A DNA stretch of 64,000 bases, taken from assembly GCA_051362555.1 (NCBI GenBank), contig CM120643.1, forward strand, positions 23,378,848-23,442,847. Reading direction: 5' to 3'. Source of the DNA: Lingula anatina (taxonomy: Eukaryota; Animalia; Brachiopoda). A model generated the notes under the pieces. That model worked only from the letters and a program-made list of their open reading frames with translations. It ran no database searches and had not been told where the DNA came from. Of this stretch, positions 1 through 11,352 are shown in pieces (position 1 is the stretch's first letter; every line of letters starts with the position of its first letter). The translations under genes and the position numbers were made by a program.

Positions 1-113
1 AGTTGGTCTGCGATATCAATACAGTGTAGCACCCTTACTGCCCCCCCTTTTCGCAGTCTTCTTCTACCTCTTCTTCAAATTGAAAGTGTTTATTTGTTTT
101 ATACATCCAAATG

Positions 114-291
114 CCAGTGTAACGTGACAGAGAGTCCCCCGTGATAGAGTTTCCGCCTACCATTCATTTGTGCAGGTAAGCCTAGCTGTAGATTTTGACC
201 CCCCCCCCCTTTGGTCAGGCTAACCCTAACCATTATAACTAAATGGAGGGCGGAGTTTTTGTAACACGGACCCTCAGTTTCGTTACACCGA
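114..291. mobile_element. MITE-like dispersed repeat (copy 1)
   Basis: Short imperfect TIRs (ccagtgtaacg ... cgttacaccga). Its reverse complement aligns over the full length with 52628-52799 (shared gtaacgaaactgagggtccgtg and ttataatggttagggttagcctgac). Confidence 0.7.
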
Positions 292-3200
292 CATTTCCAA
301 CGATAGGATAGATTGACTTCTATTTCGCCTACACGTTCGACTGTATTTCCATACCTTTCCTCCTATTGTTCGAAACAACTACAACTTACAACTACTCGTC
401 GTCAACTGTATGCGCATACAGTGGACGGCTCGCGTTGTTATTACATGTATAAGCAGTTCAATTTTAGGGGCACGCAGTCAGCGTGGGACATTGTGCAGTA
501 CTAATCTTGTGTACCATATAGTGTTTCTCAGTTTTGTAAATGGTACCCTTTCTCTCCTCTTGGGAACAGATTGGAACTGAGCTTCCCATGTGCCTTAGTT
601 AAATCAATCCTCAACTGCCGAAGAAAAAGCATTCATACAAAGACATTCGTATAAAAATGTGCGAGTGCTTTTATATCGAGATCCCTTTCCTAACATAACT
701 GATGTCTTTTTCGTCACTTGACAGTGTACAGTACATGTAAGTGACAGGCACATTTTATGCTGACTGTCAGTCAAGAGAGAGAGAGAGAGAGAGAAAGCGA
801 TGACTGTTCACCAGTGTGAGCAGACTAGAGAACTATATCAATCTTTCGAAGTGTTCCAATTGAGAGGTAATCAAAATAAATCTTCTGAAGCATATGCAAA
901 TAGACTGTTCATTCTAAAAGGATTGAAAGCTAATACGAATCTGATGAGCAATCAATAGAAGTTTATGTTGACCGAATAGAAATGCTATTAAGGATAAGAA
1001 GCTTTCTGGACGGAAGTCTTAGACTGAACTATCGGTATAAAGCTAATCGTATATCCAAATGCGTCAAAACCGTTTGTTATGTAAATAAAAAAAATATATA
1101 ATTTATAGCTGCTTGGAGTAGACATCCAAACCCGAGTAAGAATGGGGATTTAATGGTTGGTATATTAGTAGGGATACACATATACTCATTCGTTTTGCCC
1201 CTTGTGACACTCCAACCATGCTCCCCTTTACTTAAAATAGTATTTACACTCATAATTACTCTTTTAAGTTAGAGATATTGAAAAGTTATATCTTAAGACT
1301 TCTAAATAATCTTAGTATCCTGTAGAGCATCCTTTATATAAATACACTCCGAATTTACATTACAATCCGTTCAGATTGCTCCAATAACTTAAATACCACA
1401 TTAGTCACAATAATCAAAACTATAAAAACTTGTACAACAGGCTTGCTTATATTCTGGCCTTAGGCACTTAAATTGTGTTTATTGTTTAATGTGGCTTCAA
1501 TAAAGAAAATAATATACGTCTCTGAAATAAATCAATATTTAAAAACTGAGTGGCGTATGGGAGTCATTAAATACCTGAAATGTAATCTGGAAAGGAAGAA
1601 CACATTCCGTGGCATGTATCTAACGCTACAGTGCTTCTGAAAAGCCTATTCCTGCATTCAGTGTGTGAGTAAGCTATTTATTCCTGCTTTTTATACATTG
1701 TTATAAGAGCAATGCAGGTTGGTGGGAGTAAATGCAGACGCAACGATTCCTCGATTCCTGAAAAGATTATTGTATTTTGCACGGTATTTCTTTATAATGT
1801 TAACACGAAATGTTTTCACGAGCAATTTTTATTGTAAGGGATGACATTCCTTGAACCGTCGACAAATAGGTATGGGTTCACATCTTTTGTTGTGAACAGC
1901 AGGACCCCCACCCCCCTTAGCTTACTCCATAATAACGTGGAAGGCAATTGCTTAAACAGGGGACACATTTGAACTCAATTTGAAAAAAAAAAAAGAAAAT
2001 ACCATCTTCCGTACCCAAAATCTCCGGATCCTGGAACTTTTTTAAATTTATTTTTTAAAATTTTAATGTGGCGTTTTCATTGACGTTAAAATTGAAATAA
2101 ATCTCCCAGTTTAAATTGGGACGCATCCTTATTAATGAAGTCCACCTTATTGCCAGATGCACATAGATATCTTTCTGTACCTTACTACCGCAAAACCTAC
2201 CAGTATGTGTGTGAAAATATCGATACAGTGTATATTTCTGTTTCGTGCGTAGTGATGGATTCGTCCTTTAGCTTTATTGTCTATTAAAGTAATACAAGAG
2301 TCTTCATCCGGATGTTTCACAACAGGTTATTTTTGGAATATTGGAAAGTGTCATGTTGAAATGTCTTCTCGGAAAAAAATGAACCACGATATGTGGTATC
2401 TGATGTCTTTGTCCATAGTCTGAATATTGAAGATGAAGTAAATTTACAAAAGTCTTTAACAAGCATCTGTCAACATTCATACTTTAGTAAGGGATATTTT
2501 TTGCCTAGATTGGCCACCCTCGGCTGACATTAAGGGTTTTCAAAGAAATGTGTTTCTTGTTTCTTTTTACAACACAAATACATTCAACGTGAGTATTTTC
2601 AAAACTATGCTAAATGTTTTATGCACAATATTTTGCCTTGTTGAAAATAACTTGAATGGAGAAACAGTCTTCCATGCCACATTCTCTTCCTTTAGAAAAA
2701 GGTAATTCTTGCAAAATGTTTTGATCAATGCAACTATTCGTCCCAATTATAATTGTAATTATCTGGCTAGGTGACTTTGCTGTATGCTCAGTTAATAACA
2801 AGATGCCGGTAACGCAGTTAACAATGCAGATAATTACAACAGCATTACATATCTGATCTTGAAAATGATAAAATACAAATACCAAGAGGCAACTATGCTT
2901 TAAGGGGTGAAATTGAATCAGTTATTACTATGGCAATTTCAAGATATGATTTTATAATAAATCGAAACAGTATGCCGTGCATATTGTTTAACAACCACGG
3001 CAGGTGCTTCAATATTGGCGTCCAACATCTGAACAATTCCCATTGGAGCAACACAGACTGCAAGCCAAGAATGAGTGACCTGGTTAACGACTGAAACCAA
3101 ATCCCAATAGACCACATTACTTTTAGAGTAAAAATTGAATAAGCTATGCTTCTATTGACACAGTTCAAGATCTCTATCTTGAAACGACATCTATCAAAAG

Positions 3201-4201
3201 GTGTTTAGTGCAGCCTCTACGTCGTAATTGCCAGTTCGGAATCCACGACGTTCTGAACTTGTCAAAAAGAACAATTCAGACAAGGACCATTCAGACCGAC
3301 TAAACGGTACATAGCATTTTTTTAACGACCAAATTGATAACCAAGTCACTCCGGGCAACCATATGTTGTTTTAATACTTGCATTAAAACCTTTGTCATTC
3401 TATTGTGTTATGTAATAACGTTACTTCCGTGTCAAGACCAGATTTTTTTCTTATCTGAACAGTGCCCAGTTAAGCGTTTAATACTTGCAGTGCAAATCCC
3501 ATTTCTTTGTAGCATACGCATTATAAGGCCACAATATCGCCACCAATTATATCTCATCCGCGAAATCCTCCACGTCAATCAATTTACCATGCCATATACT
3601 AATACACGCAAGGGAAAAACCTAATGGGTATTTAATTCTTGTATTAGAGATGTTATTATAATGCTTCTTACTTGGAATCAAAAAACCTTTTCTGTCGTAG
3701 AGCATCACCAAGTTTTTTCAGCCTTCTATACATTGTACCAGAGATAAATGAGGTCTATAATTCAATAGGTTTTCCTACAGTTATGTCCACTGTAAAAAGT
3801 ATTCTTCTCGGATATAAAATAATGGATGTGAAAATTAATGAACCAATTGGCGGACGACATCACATGAATGAATGAACGAATAAATGAAAAGTTTGATGAA
3901 TAAACTGACGGTAAAACGGCTGAATGGGTATTATTTGATAAATGCACGAGTACCAGGGGAAGGAATAAGTATGATAACGAACAAAGTTTAAAAAATGAAT
4001 AGACATAATGTATGGTATTTCACACAAGTGTTAGCTGATTTTTCGGACTAAAATAAATATCCAATATTACGAGAAGTGCACTACTCTTCTGCCACATTAG
4101 ATAGCATTTGTCCTGGCATCCCTTCCAACCGTGAATTCAATATTCACATATTCTTTTGTATTTTGTTCCATGTAACGTGTCTAAAAGTTCAAAGGAAACA
4201 A

Positions 4202-4422
4202 AAGCTTGAATTTGCCTGGAATCAATCAAGTACTCCACTACAGGAATACAGTACCCGACAAAGAGGTGCATTTTTGGACATGTTCAAGCACTGTGGTCAA
4301 AGCAAATTATTGCATCACTTTTTTGGGCAGTATATTTCAAAAACACTCTTAAGGGGACAGCAGTAAGTGCGAAGGTTATTAACAAGTGGAGTACTTGATT
4401 GATTCCAGGCAAATGCAAGCTT
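4202..4422. repeat. 38-bp inverted repeat with 145-bp spacer
   Basis: 4202-4239 aagcttgaatttgcctggaatcaatcaagtactccact is the reverse complement of 4385-4422 with one mismatch. Confidence 0.85.
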
Positions 4423-4529
4423 CAGAATTTCAGAAAAAAATTATTGGGACAAATATCTTGCAGAAACCATGGTAGTGGACACTAGAATCAGAAAGCCAAT
4501 TTTGGGAGACTAAATCCCATGCTCACATT

Positions 4530-5023
4530 ATGCCTCAGCTCTCTGATCTGGACAGGGGTCGTGTCAAATACCATTTCCATTGGAGCAGGGTTATGTTTTT
4601 GGCAGGCATAAGTGGCAACTCATGGTGATTGGTGGTAATCTGAATGACCAGCGGTGCAGAGAAGAAGTCCTTAAATAAGGGAATCTGCTGTGCCATTGAT
4701 GCAACAACGCCTAACCGCACGGCTGAGCCAGCAGGACAACGCCCGTCCCCATAATGCCAGGATAGTACAGGTTTACCTGGGAGCAGATCCATGCAGACTT
4801 TTCCGTGGCCAGGGTTTAGACCAGATATGTCTCCCACTGCCTTGGATAAACTGGACAGACGCCTTCATGACTGCCAGCCACAGCCTACCACCGTCATAAA
4901 CTTAAGTGCTACGATACACTGGTGAAAGAAATACCCCAGGTCCGCATTCGAGGTCTTGTACGCTCCATAAAGAGGAGGGTACTAGCATGTACTGCAGCCA
5001 GGGGAGGGCAAACATGATACTGA
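4530..5023 (+). pseudogene. Internally deleted, frameshifted Tc1/mariner transposase remnant
   Basis: Ordered Tc1 motifs across frames: MPQLSDLDRGRV, HWSRVMF, GNLNDQRCREEVL, QQDNARPHNAR, WPGFRPDMSP, WDKLDRRL and a C-terminal LVRSIKRRVLACTAARGGQT. Confidence 0.85.
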
Positions 5024-5197
5024 ACAATATACTACAATGTATGGAACATTATTGTGAAAAGTACACTAAAACTAAAAATATTAAATAAACTTGCTTTTAT
5101 TTATTTATTTATCTATTTATTTATTTATTTATTTTTTGCGGGGGGGGGGGGTAGTATATAGTGCAGACAGCAAGACACTTGGTCGTGAATACAGGAC

Positions 5198-5207
5198 AAG
5201 ATGGCGG
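5198..5207 (+). promoter_or_regulatory. YY1-type motif (AAGATGGCGG) at +12 of the LINE 5' UTR
   Basis: Matches the YY1 consensus. The position resembles the +13 to +21 YY1 site of the human L1 internal promoter. Confidence 0.6.
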
Positions 5208-5758
5208 TGTGTGATGAGGACTGTGCGTGAGCTCTGAGAAAACTCTCGGCAACAGGCAGTAAGTCTGTATACTTTGCCACCGAAATTTTTATAAAATGCA
5301 CTATGAACTGTTGAAGAAAAAGCTAAGAAAGAGTTTAGGACTCAATGTTCTCTGCGTGGGTCTTTTTGAAAGTTTTTTTTCTCATCACTCCTTGATCGGG
5401 ACATTACGTTACGTCGTTACGAGGGAGGTGAGTGTTACTAAGAACTTATGAAAATATTCAATTACTAAAAGATTGCGTCGAACATTCCGGACAGCGAACA
5501 ACAGATACACCGCGCGCTTAATATTGCTAAAAACTATATACCTTTGGAAAAATACAATTATAACATATATACGTATACAGTATATGCATACAGTTGTCTG
5601 AACAGTTGTCAACACGGACTATGCACTGACCTATAAAGAGCTATCAATGAACACACCCCATCCTTAGACTGCGAATTCATGCATGGTCAAATTAGGCCAA
5701 TAACAAAGGCAATAAGCATCTCTCCTATTCTTTTCATCCCCGTATATAGCAGAGAACA

Positions 5759-6772
5759 GTGACTATGAGTACCCGAGGGACAAAGTCAAAATATTTCAGT
5801 GCAAATACTAAAGAATCTAAGCAAACAAAGGGGACAAAAATGTCCAATAAAAATAGCAAAGAAGAAATAATAGAACGCAATGACTCCCCTGAAATTACGC
5901 AGGCACCCAAAAGGCCACATTGTGAAATCTCAAACACCAGCGGTGAACTCTCTCTTGTCAGCGGTGATGAATCGGTATCCCTCATGACGAAACTGGAGGA
6001 GATTGAATATGAAATAAAGCAAACCGTTAAGAAGGAGGACCTTAGTGAAATTATTAAAACAGTTGTGGGCGAAACAGTCAAAGAAATGAATGCTAAGTTA
6101 CAGAACCTGGAAATAAAAATTGACGAAATCAGAGAAAGTAGTAAAATAGAAAATGAGGAAAATAAAAGGAAAATAGGAGTTCTACAAGACAAAATTGACG
6201 GACTAGAGCTGGAGAATCATAGTTTGAGACAAACATTACGAGAAAATGACCAACGCATCGACAAAATGAACAGAGCGATGAAAGAGGCAGCCAAGGTAGC
6301 TTCGTCGGCAATGATAAAAGCCAACCATAATGAACAATACAGCCGAAAAAACAATGTAAAAATATATGGCATCCCGGAGTCTGAATCGGGCGATCAGACA
6401 ACTTCTGCCCTAGTAATTAAAACATTAAAAGAGAAGATACAGGAAGAGGTGAAAGGCGATGATATTGTGGCAGTGCACAGGATTCCCGGCAAACCAGGGG
6501 AACCCAGGCCGATCATCTTAAAGTTAAAAAACACAGAGATAAAATCCCGTATCATGCGCAAAAGGGGTGTGTTAAAAAGGTCCGACAGAGCCCTGAGGCT
6601 AGCAGACGATGTTACAAAAGAAAACAAGGATCTACTTAAATTGCTGAATGACCATCCGGAATGTGAAAGTGCGTGGTATTTTAATGGCAGTATATATGCC
6701 AAGATTAAGGGCAAGGAAGGCAAGAAAAAATTCGACATCGGGGACGACATTGGAACAAAAATTCGTCACTAA
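5759..6772 (+). CDS. LINE ORF1p (coiled coil, L1-type RRM, C-terminal domain)
   Basis: 337-aa ORF (first ATG at 5765). A heptad-rich coiled coil is followed by EQYSRKNNVKIYGIPE, VHRIPGKPGEPRPIILKL and SAWYFNGSIY, typical of L1/Tx1-type ORF1. Confidence 0.9.
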   Translation: MTMSTRGTKSKYFSANTKESKQTKGTKMSNKNSKEEIIERNDSPEITQAPKRPHCEISNTSGELSLVSGDESVSLMTKLEEIEYEIKQTVKKEDLSEIIKTVVGETVKEMNAKLQNLEIKIDEIRESSKIENEENKRKIGVLQDKIDGLELENHSLRQTLRENDQRIDKMNRAMKEAAKVASSAMIKANHNEQYSRKNNVKIYGIPESESGDQTTSALVIKTLKEKIQEEVKGDDIVAVHRIPGKPGEPRPIILKLKNTEIKSRIMRKRGVLKRSDRALRLADDVTKENKDLLKLLNDHPECESAWYFNGSIYAKIKGKEGKKKFDIGDDIGTKIRH

Positions 6773-7524
6773 AACCTTAACACTATAATGTTGATGCAAG
6801 TAAAATTGATTGAAACGATACATCTCATGTCTTAATTTGTACAGAATAGTGCAAAAAAGTAATATATAATTAGGATCTCTGTAGATTTAATACATAGAAA
6901 TCATACACGTAAAAAGTGGTAATTAGGCATATAGGATGTAAATAAGGAATTCTGTTTTATTTCCAATTATCTTTAGTATTATCCTTATTGCTATTATAAT
7001 GTTTTCTACATCCACGACAAATACAGAGAAAAGGTGTGCTTCATGTCTAATCACATAGACTAAATGTTTGCCGAAGTGGTATTATTAGAGAGTAAATGCT
7101 GGGCACAAGAGCACACAATTATGAAATTCTATTCATGTATATTGCTCTCTGCGCATCAGTTGTTCTCAGCGCATCAGTGTGGAAATCTTTTGTCAGTGAA
7201 TCCGTGGATGATGTGTGTGAATACCTGAGGAAAGACAAGCTACTTAAGACTATAGAAATAGGAAGTACTAGTGTGAATGAGATCGCGAGGATGGATGTTG
7301 TCTGTGTGGGAGGAGAACATGTGTATAACTTTTGGTGTGTGTGGCTCCTGCATTACACTTGCTGTTCTTTGTACAGACACAGATGTGTCTGCACATACTA
7401 TAACTGTTATTTGTGTCTGCCGTCGTCATTGGTAACACCGTGACTTTCAAGGACAACATGATAAGTGGAAAGCCACAGGTTAGGTTAGAAAATCAGCTTC
7501 TTATATTTTTTCCTTCCACTCCAA

Positions 7525-10500
7525 ATGATTAAAATCGCCACAGTAAATTGTCAAGGACTAGGTAACCCAGAGAAGAGAAAAGACGTTTTGAATTATTATA
7601 AAGGGAGAAAATATTCAGTGATATGTCTTCAGGATACGCACTTCACAACAAAGCTAGAGCCCTATATTGAAACACAATGGGGCTATACTTGTATCTTTAA
7701 TTCATACCGCTCAAATTGTAGGGGAGTTGCAATTCTTTTTAACAACAATTTTGAGTTAGTTGTGCATAAAAAAACACAAGATGATAAAGGTAACTTACTC
7801 GTTGTAGACTTAACTATTAATGACTGTCGAGTCACGCTATTAAACATTTATGGTCCAAATGAGGATTATCCAGAATTCTTTGATAAGGTTAGGGAATCCA
7901 TACTTGAATTTGCAAATACAAACATTATAGTGTGTGGAGATCTCAATATCGCAATGGATCCAATTTTAGATACTTTTAATTACAATAGGAATAATAACCC
8001 AAGAGCTAGAAAAAAATTAATTGAAACTATGGATGAATTGGATCTGGTAGATTACTACAGAGTTATAAATCCTTCCAAAAGAGCATACACATGGCACAAA
8101 AAGAACCCAGTTAAACATGGTAGGCTTGATTATATACTAATATCAAATAACCTCTCAAATCTTGTCACGGATATCTCAATTAAAGCGGGTTACAAATCAG
8201 ATCACTCGTCAGTTGTCTTAGAATTAAAATTTAATGATTTCGTTAGGGGACCCGGTCTGTGGAAATTCAATTGTTCTCTTCTAACCGACAGAGAGTTTGT
8301 TGACAAAGTAAAACTAACCATTAAAAGAATAAAAAATCAATATGCCAATATCTTGTATAAAGTATCCATAATTGATTGTATTCCAGAAGAAGACCTGCAA
8401 TTATCCATATCCGATAGCCTATTTTTGGAAGTACTACTAATGGAAATAAGGGGGGTAACTATATCACATGCAAGTGCTAAGAAAAAAGATAAGAATAAGA
8501 AGGAAAAGGAACTTATTGATGAGATACAAAAACTTAAAGATGACAATGACGCAGGAAATTTAGTACATAATGGCATCTTGGAAGAAAAAATACAATCACT
8601 AGAAACATTAAGGAAAGAGAAACTACGGGGAAGCATGATAAGATCACGCGCACAATGGGTTGACGAGGGGGAGAAACCGACGCAATATTTTTGTGGTTTA
8701 GAGTCCAGAAACTTTCTGAATAAAACTATTCAGGTGCTAGATATAGATGGAAAAGGAACAGTCTACGAACAGTCAGAAATCCTTAAGGAGGTGAAGCTTT
8801 TCTATGAAAATTTGTATTCAAGCAAAGAAAATGAAATAGATGACGTAGACCTCAGTAATGTACTAGAACCGTATTCCTTTAATAAATTGGACAATGTTAC
8901 TGCTCACGAATTAGATCAAGAATTTACATTAACTGAAATCCTAAGTGTTATTAAATCAATGAAGAATAACAAGTCCCCAGGAAGTGATGGCTTTTCAGCC
9001 GAGTTCTACAAATTTTTTTGGAATGATCTCAAGTACTTTATCAGAAGAGCTATAAATGATATTTTTTTAAAAAAAATGTTGCCTATCTCACAAAGACTCG
9101 GAATCATTGTATGTCTCCCAAAAGGAGAAAAATCAAGAAAAGACATGAAAAACTGGAGGCCGATTACACTCCTGAATGTATTTTATAAGATTATTTCTGG
9201 ATGTATCTGTGGACGAATAAAACGCACTCTGAATTCTCTCATACCTCCATCGCAGTCGGGTTTTATACCCGGTAGATACTTGGGTGATAACATACGAGCA
9301 ATATATGATCTGATGGACTATACTGAGAATAGACAGATTCCTGGCCTTCTAATGTTGATTGACTTCGAAAAAGCTTTTGATTCCTTAGCTTGGTCCTTCA
9401 TCTATAAAGTTCTTAACATCTTCGGCTTTGGCAGAAATCTAATAACATGGGTAAACATACTAAACACTAACATTACAGCATCCGTTCTACAATGTGGTTT
9501 CCTGTCGAAACCGTTTTCTATCCAAAGAGGTTGTCGACAAGGTGACCCAGTAGCCCCTTATTTATTTATATTGAGTGCTGAAATGCTGTCAATACTGATA
9601 AAGAGCAACACATTTATAAAAGGAATAACAATTAAAGGAATCGAGAATAAGATTTTACAATATGCAGATGATACTTCACTTACATTAGATGGATCGAAAG
9701 AATCTTTATTCAATTCCCTGGAAACCCTTGAATACTTTGCAAAATTATCTGGACTACACATCAATGCCTCAAAAACTAAAGTAATATGGATAGGTTCCAA
9801 AAAATATAGTAAAGATGTGTACCATCATTCCAGATGGAAACTTTATTGGGGGGTACAAATATTTGAGCTGTTAGGCATAACTTTTTCAGTAGAGTTAAGT
9901 GACATGATTGATCTGAATTATCAAAAGCAAATGACAAAAGTACAAAGTCAGATTAAACAATGGAAAAAACGCATCCTTAGCCCAATAGGTAAAACCACGA
10001 TTGTAAAATCGTTACTAATTTCCAAACTTACCCATCTATTTATCTCCCTACCCAACCCAAACAACGGATTTATTAAATCGCTTGAGACTGAGTTTTATAA
10101 TTTTGTATGGGGGTCAAAATGTGATAGAATTAAAAGGGACGTAGCCTCTCAAAATCACAACGCTGGTGGCCTTAAAATGATTGACATAAAATGTTTTATT
10201 ACATCATTAAAATGTTCTTGGTTGAAAAGACTAATTACTAGGAAACAGATTTGGACTAATATATTAGAATCCATATTAGGAAAAAAGTTAATCCAGAACC
10301 TGCTCGACTTTGGTGATGATTATGTCAGGAAGTTAGCAGAACGTATCCAAAACAAATTTTGGCAGGATACTCTGATAGCTTGGGCTTACTTTATGAAAGT
10401 CCAAATGTTAAGGGAATGGGCAAGTGACCCAGGCGCAATACCTCTTTGGTATAATACTGAAATTAAGATTAACAACGCTTCGGTGTTTATCCCTTCCTGG

Positions 10501-11352
10501 TACAAACAAGGAATAAAAGTTCTTGGAGATATGTTGGACAATCAGGGAAATTTAATGAAAAAGAATGTGCTTGAACAAAAATTCAATTTGAGAGTCCAAA
10601 CTATGCAGTTTAATAGCATGTACAGTGCAGTTAAGGTTTTTCTAAGACAATTTGATAAGGAAAAGGTGGCTATTACAGTCACCCCTTACTACCCGTTTCA
10701 TTTCAAGGGGCTTATGCTAAATGAAAAAGGAAACAGATATGTATATAATGTCCTAAATAAGAAAAATATTATTCCCACTGGTGTCTGTACATGGAACCAA
10801 AAACTATTCAATAACGGGGACGCTCGCTTAAAAACGGAAGAAATTTTTGAGACTTGTTTTGGAACTTCTCGAGATACAACGTTACAATGGCTTCAGTTTA
10901 GAATAATACATAGGATACTCCCTTTGGGTGCTTATTTGAAAAAGATTGGCATTCAGGATAATGACATATGTGGCTTTTGTAAAAGAGACCGTGAAGATCT
11001 CCTTCATGTGTTTATACAATGTAATAGTGTGCGTCCTCTTTGGAATAAGTTTCAAGACCATATACTCGAAAAAACTAATGTCAATTTGGATCTCGATGAC
11101 TATAAAATCTTGTTTGGAATAAAATGCACAACGGAAAGTAAAATTTTTAATTTACTTATTATGTTTGGAAAACTATATATTTACAAGTGCCTGAAACAAA
11201 AAAAGACCCTAAGCTTTCAAGGTCTTTTGGGTTACATAAAATTTATGTATCATGTTGAAAAAAATATTGCTTTGCGTCATGGATCTTGCACATATGACAA
11301 CTTTGTTAAACAATGGGCACAATGGTTACCACTTTTTGTTGAAGGGGAATAG
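7525..11352 (+). CDS. LINE ORF2p: APE endonuclease, reverse transcriptase, CCHC zinc knuckle
   Basis: Intact 1275-aa ORF. Endonuclease motifs TVNCQGL, LQDTH, GDLN, RLDY and SDH. RT motifs KSPGSDG, NWRPITLLN, DFEKAFDS, RQGDP and YADD. C-terminal CGFC-x8-H-x4-C. Confidence 0.97.
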   Translation: MIKIATVNCQGLGNPEKRKDVLNYYKGRKYSVICLQDTHFTTKLEPYIETQWGYTCIFNSYRSNCRGVAILFNNNFELVVHKKTQDDKGNLLVVDLTINDCRVTLLNIYGPNEDYPEFFDKVRESILEFANTNIIVCGDLNIAMDPILDTFNYNRNNNPRARKKLIETMDELDLVDYYRVINPSKRAYTWHKKNPVKHGRLDYILISNNLSNLVTDISIKAGYKSDHSSVVLELKFNDFVRGPGLWKFNCSLLTDREFVDKVKLTIKRIKNQYANILYKVSIIDCIPEEDLQLSISDSLFLEVLLMEIRGVTISHASAKKKDKNKKEKELIDEIQKLKDDNDAGNLVHNGILEEKIQSLETLRKEKLRGSMIRSRAQWVDEGEKPTQYFCGLESRNFLNKTIQVLDIDGKGTVYEQSEILKEVKLFYENLYSSKENEIDDVDLSNVLEPYSFNKLDNVTAHELDQEFTLTEILSVIKSMKNNKSPGSDGFSAEFYKFFWNDLKYFIRRAINDIFLKKMLPISQRLGIIVCLPKGEKSRKDMKNWRPITLLNVFYKIISGCICGRIKRTLNSLIPPSQSGFIPGRYLGDNIRAIYDLMDYTENRQIPGLLMLIDFEKAFDSLAWSFIYKVLNIFGFGRNLITWVNILNTNITASVLQCGFLSKPFSIQRGCRQGDPVAPYLFILSAEMLSILIKSNTFIKGITIKGIENKILQYADDTSLTLDGSKESLFNSLETLEYFAKLSGLHINASKTKVIWIGSKKYSKDVYHHSRWKLYWGVQIFELLGITFSVELSDMIDLNYQKQMTKVQSQIKQWKKRILSPIGKTTIVKSLLISKLTHLFISLPNPNNGFIKSLETEFYNFVWGSKCDRIKRDVASQNHNAGGLKMIDIKCFITSLKCSWLKRLITRKQIWTNILESILGKKLIQNLLDFGDDYVRKLAERIQNKFWQDTLIAWAYFMKVQMLREWASDPGAIPLWYNTEIKINNASVFIPSWYKQGIKVLGDMLDNQGNLMKKNVLEQKFNLRVQTMQFNSMYSAVKVFLRQFDKEKVAITVTPYYPFHFKGLMLNEKGNRYVYNVLNKKNIIPTGVCTWNQKLFNNGDARLKTEEIFETCFGTSRDTTLQWLQFRIIHRILPLGAYLKKIGIQDNDICGFCKRDREDLLHVFIQCNSVRPLWNKFQDHILEKTNVNLDLDDYKILFGIKCTTESKIFNLLIMFGKLYIYKCLKQKKTLSFQGLLGYIKFMYHVEKNIALRHGSCTYDNFVKQWAQWLPLFVEGE

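Noticed and set aside
220-232. taaccctaacc / ggttagggtta as interstitial telomere repeats (also near 52688)
   Set aside because: Fewer than two full units, and part of a dispersed MITE.
5734-6750. Antisense ORFs (152, 90 and 118 aa) over LINE ORF1
   Set aside because: Shadow ORFs of an A-rich coding strand with no independent support.
7096-7443. 115-aa Cys/Val-rich ORF between LINE ORF1 and ORF2, as a possible third gene
   Set aside because: The composition is explained by TG-rich sequence and there is no recognisable domain. It would need conservation across copies to be accepted.
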